Shown here in pieces: positions 23,839-37,500 of a DNA stretch of 64,000 nucleotides (positions within the stretch are counted from its first letter, which is position 1; every line of letters begins with the position of its first letter). The notes below the pieces were generated by a model. It did no database searches and was not told the origin of the DNA. It saw nothing but the letters and a program-made list of their open reading frames with translations. The position numbers and the translations under genes were made by a program. The stretch covers positions 167,793-231,792 of the forward strand of contig CBFFRP010000365.1 of assembly GCA_965644295.1 (NCBI GenBank), read 5' to 3'. Source of the stretch: Paraphysomonas bandaiensis. Its lineage: Eukaryota > Protista > Chrysophyceae.

Positions 23839-26800
23839 TTACGATCGCACATCAACAACGCTATCATTATCTCTGCCTGTATGGGAAACTCGCTCCACTG
23901 TACCGAACAGTGTGTCAAAGAATGGGAAACTTCGGCTGCATGCGTTCTCATTCCGTATGTGATTCACTATTCTATCTCTCGCTGCCTGTAGAATTGTTAA
24001 ACCATAAGTATTCACAATCCGATACATACCTGAGGTGACATGGCGTGAGATTGATATTCACTATGTCCTTCGTGTGCCAATTTTGATATGTCTCGATAAA
24101 CATTCAACGATGTCTGTCTCACTAAACGTGGTAATTGGGACAAGGACACCACCATTCCATCTGATAAGGGTCCTGATACCGAATAAGACAAACACATACG
24201 TAAATTGCAGTATACCTGGATCGGAAACGCTTGTTGTGGCTGTGTTCGACTTGTATAATGACTATGAAGGAGCAGCTGAGTGTAACTCGCACAACTATAA
24301 TACTACTTACGTGATCAGGAATATAAACTCGTACGCGATAAAGACCAGAAACTTCACTTTCAGCAATTGGGTCAATGAAGAGCATGAGATGCCTGGCTTC
24401 TTGGAGTTCGTAGACTTCCCAGAGTGGGTGATCGGGGTATACCTGAAGTAGATACAATGACAAGAAGCCATCGCAAGTGCGATCACTAACCTGAAGGCTA
24501 CACTGATTCCACACCACGAGCACTGGTGGTAACGGTGCTACATTGGCGTTCGATTTAAGTATTCCATCTCTCGGTAGACAGTAATCCTGACAAGTATTAA
24601 GTGTAGGCTTCTGATGAAGTTCAAAAGCATGCTGGTGAAAGATCATTTCCTCCACAACCGATGAATAATACAGTAATTTCCCAGAATATTGATTGGGGTC
24701 AATGTCACCACTGTAACCTATTTACAAGTTAGTAAAGTTAGAATACTCGATTAATGTACCTGTATGACGATCGAGGTCCATTAAAGACCCTAGGCCAAGA
24801 AGAAAATTGATGTATTTCATGTCGTATGTATCTGTTGCGGATATTAAGTGATCAGTAATTACAGTTACTGATTTTTTATTGTCAGCAAGTTCCTTGTTAG
24901 CGGCATAAGCAATCCACACATCATACTGATTACGTGTTGGACAGTCATCTAATCCATTCAATTCTTCGCTTAGATTGTTTGAATATTTCAAGCGATCAAT
25001 CTTTCCAAAATTTCGATAATTAGCTAAGTGTGATTGGCCCAGCCACTTTCGTTTATTCGCACATAAAACTGGCTGTATTTCTTTTACGGAGTCTGTTGTG
25101 AAGCGTTTTGGCCCTGAAAAGGTTGATGTTGATGTCTCTGAAAGAGTATGTGCTTTTTCAGCTTCCTGCTGCTTTTTTAATCGATCCCGGAAGGGATTGT
25201 ACCAAGACGAAGCCATGTCCACACAATTGGTAGCATTCGGACCTAACGTCGACGTTTGAAGCAGTCGATGGGCATGATTCCCAGAATAAAAATTTCCTGA
25301 GGAATGCTCATCGGTGTAGCCGTCATGTTTTCGAAACATCAAAAGGTCTGACTTTGAATGACAATACTCCAATACAGTGCGCATACCATCACTTGATATT
25401 TTTGACTGTATCACTGATGTATCTATCTTTGATGTCGATTGCGGTGATGGAGTTGATTCGATTTTGCCTAATGTTGAGTCTTCTCTTAATTTCGGCACCA
25501 GTGAGTAAGGCGAAAATATTCTGTGTGCAAATATTCCATCTCTCGATCTAACAGCAACTAGCATATCAGAGCCAGTGGCTGATTTAACCTCACCACCCGT
25601 ATTACATTCACTACTCTCTGAGCACTCAACCACTGATAATATCATAGAATTGTTCATTGCGTAGTGCGATAAGCAAGAATGAGGATCGATGTTCTTTGCA
25701 CATGAGCTCAACACTTGCTTATTAAACCAATCAGGCATCATACCCTCAAAACCCAGTGGGTATCGACCACTCCATGAAAGAGTATATTGAAGTAACTTGA
25801 AGGCTGAAAGGGACATCACATAGTCTAGTGTGTAAATCGAGGGTGTAATGGTGCCCATAACATTCATATACTGTACCGCTGTTGATTGAATTTTGAATAT
25901 TATGGATTGGCTCTGCTGGGATTTCAAAAAGCTGAAACATAGCGTCTTATAGACCCATTCAAAAAGGGCACAAAAGGAGTATTCCAATAAATCTTTATTT
26001 CCGGCTTCTTCAGGATCAATATCTACTGTACGACTCTTTTTCGATTTGAGAGGTATATCACGTTCGCAACTAATCGGACCACTATCGCGCCAACTCGATA
26101 GTTGTACCTGTATAAAGTCGCAAATAGCCTGCAGGATAGAGTGAACAAGATCACGAAGTGAATTAGTCATCCAGGCGTCATCGTCGAACAGGATGGTACA
26201 GCTTGGTAAGTCTGCCAAACATTTGATGGCAACAACTTTAACCGAGAAAGTAGCGCGAGAAGCATGCAACAACCCCAGTGCTGCGACAATTAGATCGGAG
26301 GATGCTTTCTGCTCCATATCATATAACCTAAAAAGAGGTAAACAGGGAATAGATCTCAATATTAGCTCCATATTCCTCGGGTTACTTTCTGATTTTAAAT
26401 AGTCGGTTAATAGATTTAAAGGACTAATTGAATTGACCCCTCTAACGCCGCCAGCACTGAGCACACTGTGGACGGAAGGTTATGTCATACACAAACAGAT
26501 TTACAATACGAAACCTTGAGCGATTAATGACACCAAGAAGAAGCCGTATTGCCGATCGTCGGAGATTTGCAAGTGAAAAATTGAAGCTCGCTATCGTTGA
26601 CGCTGGCATTTCAGAGTCTAATGCTCTGGCTTGTTCAAATCGCTTCGAGGCACTAGCTGTGAAGGGCTGATACTCCTCTACAATATAATTACACCAGCGA
26701 AGAATTCATACTACCTACATTACCTCGAGATGCCTTCAACACAGCCTCAACTGCACATATGCAGTTCGGAAGGATTATATCAATGCCTTCTATGTTCGTC

Positions 26801-28164
26801 CCCAGAACACGATGTGAAGACAGAAGTGCAGATGCCAATGCCTTCTTGCTGTACATTTCTTTGGAGGTATCAAAGGCATATCTCAACGACAACAAAAATC
26901 TATTTCTGTGTGGAACAAGAATCTGCATATCTCTTCCCTGCTGTCGAGAAGAGAACATTCTTCCTAAGGCATCTAACGCTAACAATCTACTTTCCTCGAG
27001 GGTATCTCTACCTCCAACTGTTCTGAGAGAGGCTTGAAATAACCACGCCCCCATAAGTCGAAGCACGTTGTTTACATCTACTGGAAGTGTGCTAAGATAT
27101 GAAGCAGACGAAACGGATGAAATGCTCGTAAGTTCCCTAAAGTGCTCCGCTCTGATGGCATTCGAAGTATGTGGACGCAAAAGGAGGCAGTCACAAATTG
27201 AACACACACCGAATAGCATTTGTGACAAAATAAGAGCTTGGGATTGCGATAGCTCTTTGTTGGGATGCGAAGGGGCAAAACTTGGATTACCGAGACAGTG
27301 TAAAACACGGTGCCAAGCAAACTTTAAATGGTGTGGCAATACAGCTATCTCCACTGAACTGGGTCGCCAGTGTTTCGGAAAACTAATACTGACATGGGTA
27401 CCGTCATGACTACTACTTCGCTCAGAAACTCGAGGAAGGTACCGTAGCACATGCAAAGTCAGATTTATGCATATATCATTCCACTGCTCTATAATAGGTA
27501 AGCGATGAGTCCAGCGTCGCGTAAATGAGTCCAAAAGGTTCCATAGTGCCAGATCGATACCCACAGTTGGTAAAGATCGAATATACATTTCATATATAAG
27601 ACGAGACAGATCAACGGCTACATTATTTCCTAAAGTAGCTTCTCCAGTATCAGGCGCTTCAAAAACACAGTCAGCGCTTCCCAACATCAGTCGGATGCAG
27701 TAATTCCAAGTAGCTGACGTGATACAGGACCCTCGATTCACAATAAATGCACGTATAACTTCAAGCACACGCATTGCAAGAGTAGAATGTTCTCCAATCC
27801 TTAACAAAGGCGTAGAACTATGAAATAAAAGAGAAAAATGTCCCACTATATCTTGTATTAGTGTCTGTTCTATCTCATGTGCACATTTTGGTATATTAGA
27901 GAGCCATGACTCGTATATCTTCGTCGCTTTACTGATAATATCCACACTACGTGAATCAATGGGTAATAAAAAGCTATAACCAATTGCTTCTAATGCAAAA
28001 TTTAAATGCATACGTGTTTGTATGGTTTGATCTGGTGATTTTGTAACTCCATCAACTATAGTCTGACATAATACAAAACAGGCTTCTACTGTGTATGCCT
28101 TTAATACCCCTGTTTCTGCTCGTCGTGGTAAGAGATTATGAGCGGCAACACGGGAATTAAACAT
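23839..28164 (-). CDS. RALGAPB: Ral GTPase-activating protein subunit beta-like (C-terminal Rap-GAP-like domain)
   Basis: EAIGYSFLLP, WTHRLPIIEQW, WHRVLHCLGNP, VNNVLRLMGAWLFQA, FLLGLG, EMIFH, VLVVWN and GPLSDGMVVSLSQLPRLVRQTSLN all match RALGAPB motifs in order. Confidence 0.85.
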
Positions 28165-29053
28165 GATTAAAGTGATATAATTTAAGTGATAGTATCCCTA
28201 TAGGCTATAGGCTTTGTATGTATCGTATCGGCAGTCAGCATCTTATTTTTCGGAAATGTATTGAGGCAAAAATACTCTACATTACTGAGATACAATTACG
28301 GCTAGAATACACATAATTGTTGTCTCAATATTGGAGGCATATTTGAACAAAAATATACACAAAGGATGCGTTGTATGTATGTATGGGCTGTAGTAGGATG
28401 ACAAGATCACTGTACTTCGTACCATACCATACATACACTGCTATGTACATACTATTTCGCATACACTCTCATTTAGATGAAGTGACCTGAAGTCTATCCA
28501 ATTATCCAATCACAATAAAGGAAAAAACACTTCTTTTTTTGAATATTAGATCGATATGATTTTACTCAAAAGTACAGCTTTTGAAAGTATTTTTGAAATT
28601 ATTTGTGGGTTTTTAAAGGTCCTATTTCTAGAAAATTAGGAGTTCTATGAGAAAACTCTGAAATTCAATAGACTTTCACAATGCAAGCGTAGATGTATTG
28701 GGCTGGAAAGGGGGGGGTCACTGTATGACTGCATAGATGGCTATATATATATATATATACTCATCAGATAGATTCATTAATACACATACGATCTCATTCC
28801 ATCCATTTATTCAATCCTACTGTAAGACTCTCATTCCAGCAACACTTCTACAAGTCACTCTTATCAATGTGCCATACAAGTATCTGCTAACAACACACAC
28901 TCATTATAACTAGTTTACTTCTAGTAGTTAACATATACACACTATACATCATATAGAGGCGTATATTACACCCATCTCTACATTCAACGCACTACTTTGT
29001 ATTACTACACACAAGACACAACCCACTATCACCCGTATTGACCCTTATCAGTC

Positions 29054-32000
29054 ATGTCTACCGACACAAGTAGTCCAAAGCCGTCTATATTTTTCACTGA
29101 AGCAACAGAAAAACTTCATCAAAGATTCCCTATTGAAGATTTTAATTTCTTTGATTCATCCACTGATTTTACAATTGAAGTTGGAAATGTTATGCTTCTT
29201 GATCAATTGGCACGTGGAGCTTATGGTGTTGTGTATAATGGAATTATGAACAGAGAAAAATATGCTGTAAAAATTGAAGATCTTCGAACTGGAGTTGAGG
29301 AACAAGTTAATATTCTCTCAGAATTGACTGTGTTGCAATCATTACCTCACGAGAGGCTTGTAAAGTACTACGGGACGGGTTATCTTTCTAAATCTGCAGC
29401 AGAGGCCAAAGTATAATCCAAGACAGCCAATATTTTCGTACCCTTATTGTTATGTAGGTAATGATAGTAATGGAACTGTGTGAACACGGAGCGCTTCGCG
29501 AGAGAATTAATGAAGATCTACCGTGGCCATTAGCTGTCCGTCTTGCGCTCGATGTTGCGCGTGGTTTAGCGTTTCTACACGAGAATAATGTAATCCACAG
29601 GCATGACTAGTACTATATTTCCTACCGATGATAATATATATCGGTATTGCAGGGATATTAAGACCACCAATGTTCTTGTCGACAAAGACTGGAGAGCAAA
29701 AATTTGCGACTTCTCATTTTCATGCCATAGGAATTCAACTACGAAGCGTGAATTTATCTACGGAACTGATGAATTTATGTCACCCGAAGTTGCCATGGGG
29801 GAGGAGTTTGACATTTCGTCAGGTTAATTTATTGTTTGAAATGTAAAACTGGCTTATGCTTGACGTTATCAGATATATTTAGCTTCGGAATATTGCTGTG
29901 CGAGATAATAACGCAGCGCGAACCAAATGGCGATTTTTTAAAGCGGTATGCACACAAGGGTTGCTTTGCACTGCCTGAAGAAGAGCTACGAGAGGCAGTA
30001 CTCGCGGACTGTCCCGAATCCTTAGAAGCTCTCGCCATTCAGTGCTGTGATATCGAACCTGCAGAAAGGCCATCAGCTGCTGATTGTGTGGAGTGGTTAG
30101 AGGTGGCGCAATTTTTTGAATACTTCATTTTAATATACCTATATGTAGGCACTATTAGAAGATTTAGGTGGCACGAGTAGCGTAGGGAATATGGTGGGTA
30201 CCCTTCCTGTGAAGACTGCTGTTGCAGGAGTGAGTCCCATTAGGGAAGGCACCGTTGTCTACCCTAAGACGAAAGATATGGATGTTGCAAGGTGTTGTTT
30301 CCTGAGGAGCACTTCTATCGTCGTAATACCAGCTCTGTATCTTAAGGTTTTCTTCGCGGCCCCCGTCCGGTACGAAAAAGAAACAGTCCACACCACCACG
30401 CGAGATGGATGTGTATAGCCGTATAGCATATCTTGAAGTGCAAGTCCAAGAGTTGCGTGCGGAGAATAGGTAGGAGTGCTATAATGTACGAAATATTAGT
30501 GATTGTGCTGCAGATGCTTAACACGCGAAGTGTCTAAGTTGTCAATGATAAGCGGAGATCCCACTCGTGGGGTGCGATCAGAAAGTGATACTCGCTTTTC
30601 ACGAATGGGCACCACTACAAGCTTTCGGTCATCTGCTCCTGCCTCTCCGGCCTCTCCTCGAAGTGAATCTCCCGCCACCATTAAGAAAACCCCGGTCGGG
30701 GCAGGACGTCCTTCAAGTAGCTACGATTCGATGCGAGATGAGATTGACTCACTCTCAAGGACTGTGAAAGATTTAGCGAGTGAGTTGTTTTCTCTACGAG
30801 CACGTCAGAGACTAGAAAATGCCGAAAAGGGGCCTACCAGTAGTACTAAAATACCTGAGCAGAATCTTCACGCAAATTGTGGACAGTCCCCTACGGTTGC
30901 TCGTGATAACACTTACATCTCTGGAACAAGTCCATCCTGCCACAGTCCCAGTATACTTGTTCGTATGGGCAATGGAGATCACCATAAGCCACCCAGACGA
31001 GAAGTTCCCCAATCTTACGGAGCGTCTCCATATGATGGTATCGTTAAAAGTATAGTGTTGTGTGTGTAATGTTATGCACAGTGCCGTTCACTGAAAATGG
31101 TTCCATGAGTGGATCTGACGATGACGCTTCAGAAAGTAGGGACAAAAATCTGGATTCTGTTGTGCAATCATTTCTTGATGTTGTGGGAAAGTGTTCCCAG
31201 ATAAAAGAGAAGGTACATTTTATGTAGTAATTCTACCTGGAAGTACTTATACGAATACGTTAGGCGCAGAATACTATAGACAGCATTGACCAGAAGGCTG
31301 GCGGCGTCGTTTCTCGACAAACTGACACGAAACCATCCAGAGCTGCACCACCAGCTCATACACGCGCCTCTCCATCATCACCTTACCACTACTCTCCTCA
31401 CCCGGGATTTTTATCCCAATTGACAGAATCACCTAGACGCGGGGCGCGATCTGCGTCACCAGTACAGTCAATCCACTCACGCTCCAGCTCAAGGCTGGCT
31501 GGAAACAGCAGTGCGGTATCCTCCCCGCAGAGTGGCGGCGTTTCTATGTCCAATAGGCCTTCCTTGCTGTCCCAGGCGAACGTTATGAGAAGGGAACAGC
31601 TGGACCCCTCCGATGGAATCGATCGCACTGCTAGAGGACCACACTCTGCTCAACCACCTTTATCGGAATCCTATCCGGATGAAGATTTCGTGGACTTGTC
31701 GAATCCAAACCGAATGAATGTCGAAGATATGAATGAATCTGAGTATAGCCATGAAGGTTTTGATGTTAGCGATACTCGTACTCCCCCTGCAGCACATGAA
31801 ACCTGGCGTACTGTTCATTCACGTACACCTCCCCCTCCCGACCGCGCGCGATATGATCGTGCTGGACAAGATCTGCGAGGAAGACTGACACAGGAGGACA
31901 TAAATGCTGCTGCAGATATGCCATCTGGAGGAAGTGGTCTTGCGCGTAAGTCCCCGGTATATCGTTCGAGAGACATAGGAAATCGTCGAGGTTCCAATGA

Positions 32001-32301
32001 TAGTGTTTCACGACTGTCGAACTCGCCGCAGCTGCGGGGTGGGTACATTTCACACGAGCAGCAAATGAGGACTAGCGCTTCGGTATGTGCCACCAATATT
32101 TGATTCCAGCTAATGCCTAATTAATGACAATTTTAGAAATTTTTTCATGCAGATTATGTTCGAGAATCTGTGTTTCGGAATGATGCGAAGCATGGCGCCA
32201 ATTCCACTCCGAGGACTAGCGTTGGTGAGAATATGACGACACGCATATCTGAAAGTTCTACTCGTGGGGCAAGATCCCTAGGGTCTGTCGTTGGACGATA
32301 A
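29054..32301 (+). CDS. TKL-group protein kinase (LIMK/TESK-like) with a long Ser/Pro/Arg-rich C-terminus
   Basis: ARGAYGVV, YAVK, H-R|DIKTTN, ICDFSFS, GTDEFMSPE, DIFSFGILLCEII and DCPESLEALAIQCC..EPAERP. Confidence 0.88.
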
Positions 32302-32639
32302 TACCAGGTCGATATTGTAGTGCTATGTGTTCCAATCGTGAATAGTAGGTGATCAAAGCGTGATATTGTAGATAAGAGTGCTAACAAGTAGGCACAGTAC
32401 GGATATAGTTGAGTAGTATCGTGGAGACTGTCATATCACTACATTATTATTACCATACTATTATACTGTATATGCAATAATTAATATACTATCACTTACT
32501 CTATATATACTAGTTACGCTCATTGAAATGATATATATATGTGATATTATTATAGCAGTAATTGACATTTGGATGGTGTAACTTAAGTAGATGAACAATT
32601 AACTCACTCAATAATCAATTGTGATCAACAAAATTACCA

Positions 32640-33060
32640 TCCGATACCATATTGTCAGTGAAGGAGATTTTCTGATTTTATTGACTGAGCCCAGGAATCC
32701 TCATACTTGGTAAGTATCTTTCAGTTTGAGTAGCCAGATCACATTGGATGAATTTCTTGGTCCTTGTAATACGAATATTTAATAAGTGATCGAGCTTTGC
32801 CCATATCCAACATCACAGGATTTATTCTTTTCTGTCATCACATTGTCATCATTTCTGTCAGAATGTTAATGTCAGAACAATATCATCAACGTATATTCTG
32901 AGATAGACACAATACATCTTGGCGGCAACACTGAAAATCCGGTGGTGAATTCTCCTTTGGTTTGACATATAGCAGGATGTGTTAGATATCATCCAACTGA
33001 TAAATGTTGAACTTGTATGCCAAAATTCCACAATTAGTTGTTACCATTTCATTGAAGAGA
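32640..33060 (-). pseudogene. Degenerate Ty1/copia reverse-transcriptase fragment
   Basis: Frameshifted minus-strand translation gives YQLD, RIYVDDIVL (about 32875-32900) and DMGK..LLNIRITRTK. These parallel HQLDV, IYVDDIII and DLG..FLNIRITR in the intact element nearby. Confidence 0.75.
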
Positions 33061-33185
33061 ACATCATCACCTTATATATATTGAAAGTCTTATTATTAGC
33101 AATATGCGTTAAAAACCTGCACCAACTTAGTAGCTAGATGAATGCTAGACAAACCAGTTAGACCTCTACCTGTAACTAATTTTTT

Positions 33186-33600
33186 ATCCTACTATTTAAC
33201 GCTACGGAAGCTGCTTGTGCGTCGCCGCAAGCACCAAGGTGCGACCACTTCCGCTCTGAGTTCTTAAGGTGAGAATCCCGGATGCTTGACTTCAGCAGGC
33301 AGCCCAATACCCCGGTTACCCTTCAGGTGGGCCCTGTCCCGGATGCCCTTGAGGTGGGCCCATTCCCGGATGCCTGTTTATTTGTCAGGGCTCAAAGACG
33401 TCTACACAAGTGACACTAATTAGTGTCCCTTGTACCACACAAGCATTTGGCTATGAGTGGGCAGAAGAATATCTGCTGACTATGTTTCCGGCTCACGTTA
33501 GTTTCCCAGAGAGAACCTCTCCGGTACTTATCCCCCAGAACACGACGAAAAGGTGCGAGTCCGACTTTGTTGAGGGCATCATCACCTTTACAACAATTGC
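33186..33600 (+). repeat. Dispersed repeat copy with a Helitron-like 5' start (a|TCCTACTAT) and internal 26-bp tandem units
   Basis: Homologous to 6812-7200 over about 400 bp. cccgg.t.ccctt.aggtgggccc repeats at 33310-33375. Confidence 0.7.
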
Positions 33601-34070
33601 TTCCCACTTCCCAGAACAGTCTGTAGTTTCGTTATTTATAGCAGTTCGACCATTTTTTTATGATAATGTTCAAATGAAGAGTCAATGGCTGAACATAGCA
33701 AGGTCTTCAGGTAAAACTGCTTGTTTTTAGGTCCACAGATTCGTACTGGATTTCCCCTCAAAATTGCTCTACAAAACTGGCATTTTAATCACTGGCTAAT
33801 TATTCATTCGCAAGTTCATCATACAATAGGAGCATATATCCTTCTCCCGGAATTCAACTAGCCACTATATCGGAACGAGTTTTTAACGCCTATTGCTAAA
33901 TAAAAAGTCTTTCAATAAAAAATCCTTCTCCCGGAAATACTGATCCACTATCTCCAAGGCTTCTGCCGTATAGATCGAATAGTCTCAAAAATAGAACAGA
34001 TACAGGTGTCCCTCCTCTTTTGCCAGTTATCAAGATACTCTTTATATTTACTTTTTCGTACAGTGGTTGA

Positions 34071-34365
34071 TGTTGAGAAACGCTCATTTTACACTAGATC
34101 ACAGAGAGAATTTGTCGTAAGACTAGATAGATTTATTAATATCGTTTACACGAAGTTGTGATAACCAACACTAACTCATTATAATCCCTGCATAATATCC
34201 TACATATGCGAACCTCTCGTTACTGAACATATCATGAAAGATCAAACTATTTCAGTTTCTCAATATCATCACAGCATTTGTACATCACTATATTTCACTG
34301 TATTCTCGTACATTGTCTTGAAAGTGACATACTGAATATACTAGAATAAGATCCATATTCTAATA
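34071..34365 (-). repeat. 3' LTR (295 bp)
   Basis: Matches 40434-40727 except for about 3 differences (gtcttgaaag vs gtcttcaag; gaataag vs gaagaag). Preceded on the minus strand by the purine tract GAGTGGGAG. Confidence 0.97.
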
Positions 34366-34375
34366 CTCCCACTCA
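34366..34375 (-). promoter_or_regulatory. Polypurine tract
   Basis: TGAGTGGGAG abuts the 3' LTR on the minus strand. Confidence 0.8.
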
Positions 34376-34544
34376 ATGTAGAATGCAGTGAGATAAAACA
34401 ACAGTGATCACAATAATCTGATAATGCTATGACTATCTAGTCCCATAGGTAAAAACAGATGTGAAATCTTTTAAAGATACATATATACCTAGCAGTCAAC
34501 TAGATATACAGTTATGTGGGATTTTCACCCACTAAAACACACCT

Positions 34545-37500
34545 TCAACCTCTTCGGGGTCGTTTCTTCTGCTGCTCCTCCACACTGTTAGACACACTCC
34601 TCTTAACCCCGGTAATCGTTTTCTCATGACGACTGAAGATCTTCGTGGACAACGCCTTTGTAAAAATATCAGCCGCCATATCATCCGTAGATACATGAAT
34701 CAACTTTGCTGTAGGAAATTTTCCATTAACATGTTCTCTTATCCAGTGATACTTGATGTCAATATGCTTCGACCTCTTATGATACACTGGATTCTCTGAA
34801 AGATCCTTTGCACTCTTACTATCCATAAAGAATGGAGTCGGCTTCGCTACCAAGAGTCCGAGCTCCTTGAACACCCCCCGAAGCCACACCAGTTCTTGCA
34901 TAGCCGCATACTCCGCCATATACTCAGATTCCATGCTCGAAGTCGCAACTGTGGTCTGAAGCTTGGACTGCCAGGCCAAAGCGCCCGCACATAAAAACAC
35001 GATGTATCCCGTTGTGGACCGCCGAGTCATCCTATCCCCAGCCCAGTCTGAATCACTGAATACATGTAAATCAAACTCACTCCCACTGAATCTGATTCCC
35101 TTATCAACTGTACCACGTAAATATTTCAACAAATGAATAGCTAATCTGCAAGTCGCATATGTTGGAGAAGTACTAAATCGAGCCAATAACCCCACAGCGT
35201 AAGCCAGATCAGGTCTAGTGTGAATCGCCAAATGCAACACCGCTCCAATAATTCCTCTATACGGAAATGATTCGACCCACTGCTTCTGCTCCTCCGTCAG
35301 CTCACGTTGCTCTGCCAACAAATCCTGAACATTGGTAGGTAGTGGAGTCTCCTTATTCTTACTGCTCTTTCCCATAAACGAACTGAATTTCTTGACAATA
35401 TTCTTGGCATATTCCGATTGATCTAACATGTACCAGTCCTCGCCTCTCGTGATTCTGATATTCAGAAACCGTTTGCACACACCCAGATCGTGCATTTCAA
35501 ACGTTTCGCAGAACCTACGTTTAACACTTTCTAAGTAGGTGAGATCAGCAGATGCAATGATAATATCATCAACATATATCAGCAATAAGTGCAATTGACC
35601 ATTACTCCATCGCATATACAAGCATGTATCTAAAATGCAAGCAGTAAAATGTAACGATTTGATAAACTTGTCAATATGCTTGTTCCACTGCCTCGGTGAT
35701 GACCGCAAACCATATAAGGCCTTGATCAATTGAAAACACCACCCCGCTGGCAACTCTTCATCAGGTGGAGGTGCCATATAAACATCCTCTTCAAGATCGG
35801 CATAACAAAACGCTGATGATACATCCAACTGATGTACATGCATATGGAACATAAATGCAATCGCGAGTACCAGTCGAATGGTTATTCCTTGACCACTGGA
35901 GCAAACGTGGACGGCTCCTCCTCCGTTTTTTCTTGTAGATTTCCTAATGCAACCAGCCGCGCCTTATACTTGACTACATTCCCCAGAAGGTCTCTCTTCA
36001 CCGTGTGAACATACTTTGCTCGCACCAACTTCACTCCCCGTGGAGTCCGCACAATCTTTAAGACACGTCTCTTCAGTAGTGAGGTCTTCTCCACCTTCCG
36101 AGCTTCTCGCCACTTCATGTACTGTGGAGATCTCTCCGCTTCAGCATAGGAGTCTGGTATCTTAAAGTCATCATGTTGAAACTCTGCATGTTTAAAGTTA
36201 ACAGTGCATGCATCTGGCACCTCAACCATATTTATTTCTCCTAACACCGATGCGTTCGCCAACCTACGCTGTAGCCGTTTCCGCCGTACACGACCATCAC
36301 CATCTAGTTCAATAGGTCGTCTAGTAGTTATATACGAACCCATACCTTGCTCATCCTGAGCCCGCAAATCTTGCGGTGTGGGAGGAGCCCCGCTCGCATC
36401 CCCAGACCCATGGTCTGTCGAGGTCTGCAACCTCACGACTGTCTGTTGACAGGTTGGGTCAGGACTCTCCTGGAACCCTCCAGGTCTTCCCTGGTCCAGC
36501 TCCCTGGCTGGCGTAGTACTCAGGGCGTCCCCCTTTCTTATGTACCCGGTATTCCCGGGGGTTTCTGCAGTCATACGCACCACGTCTTCGACGTGTATAG
36601 GCACCCGGTGCTCTATATGCTCGCGACCTGCAGTAACAAGTGAACGGTATGCTACAATCACACCCTTACGTTCTACAACTCTTGTTGTCTTATACAGAAG
36701 TCCGTCCTCATCATCAATATGATACGTTCCTTCTAAGCTGGCATAGTCGGATGCAAGCTTGGGTCTAGCGGCCTCCCGCACTCGAAGAGCATCAATCTCT
36801 GCAAAATACTTCTCTGATCGTGATGGCGTTGACTCATCAGTCAATATATGGACTTCTCATCAGAGTAACCCATTAAATATCCAACTAGAGCCTTATCCTC
36901 CCAATCCTTTCGTCGATCCGCCTTCGGTGAAAGAACATAAGTTCGACACCCCCATACCCTAAGATATCTCAAATTTGGAGGCTCGCCCGTTAGAAACTCT
37001 ATAGGAGACATATACCCTTTATCTGTTTTCGTTGGCAATCGAATCAAAATATATCTGGCTGCCATGTATGCATCCAGCCAAAATTGCGGTGGCAGTCCAG
37101 ATTGGATTAGCATTGCAAGAGTCATCTCTCCAGCAGTTCTGAACTTCCTCTCCTCTATGGCATTCATTTCTGGAGAGTCTGTTGAGCTCCACGTATGTTG
37201 ATAGCACTCCTGTGTCCTAAGATACTGACGCAGCTCTTCACTGATTAATTCTCTTGCACCATCTGCATGATAGTGCTCCATCTTGAGCTTGTACCTTTTA
37301 ACATCTCCTCTAAATAGCTCTTTGAAGACTTCTAAGACCGCTTCCCCAGTTCTGTGGACTAAACCCGTCGCCCAGAACATTTTGCTGGCATGATGCGTTA
37401 TCTTTAACACATACCTCTCACCTCCTCTAGCAGGACAATTTAAGTACACTGCGATATCTGCTGAAAAATTCGGTCTAACGGAATTCTCGTCCTTCGTTCG

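Noticed and set aside
33896-34087. ORF MSVSQHQ... starting in the 3' LTR
   Set aside because: It is the LTR-borne gag ATG reading into flanking DNA, not a gene.
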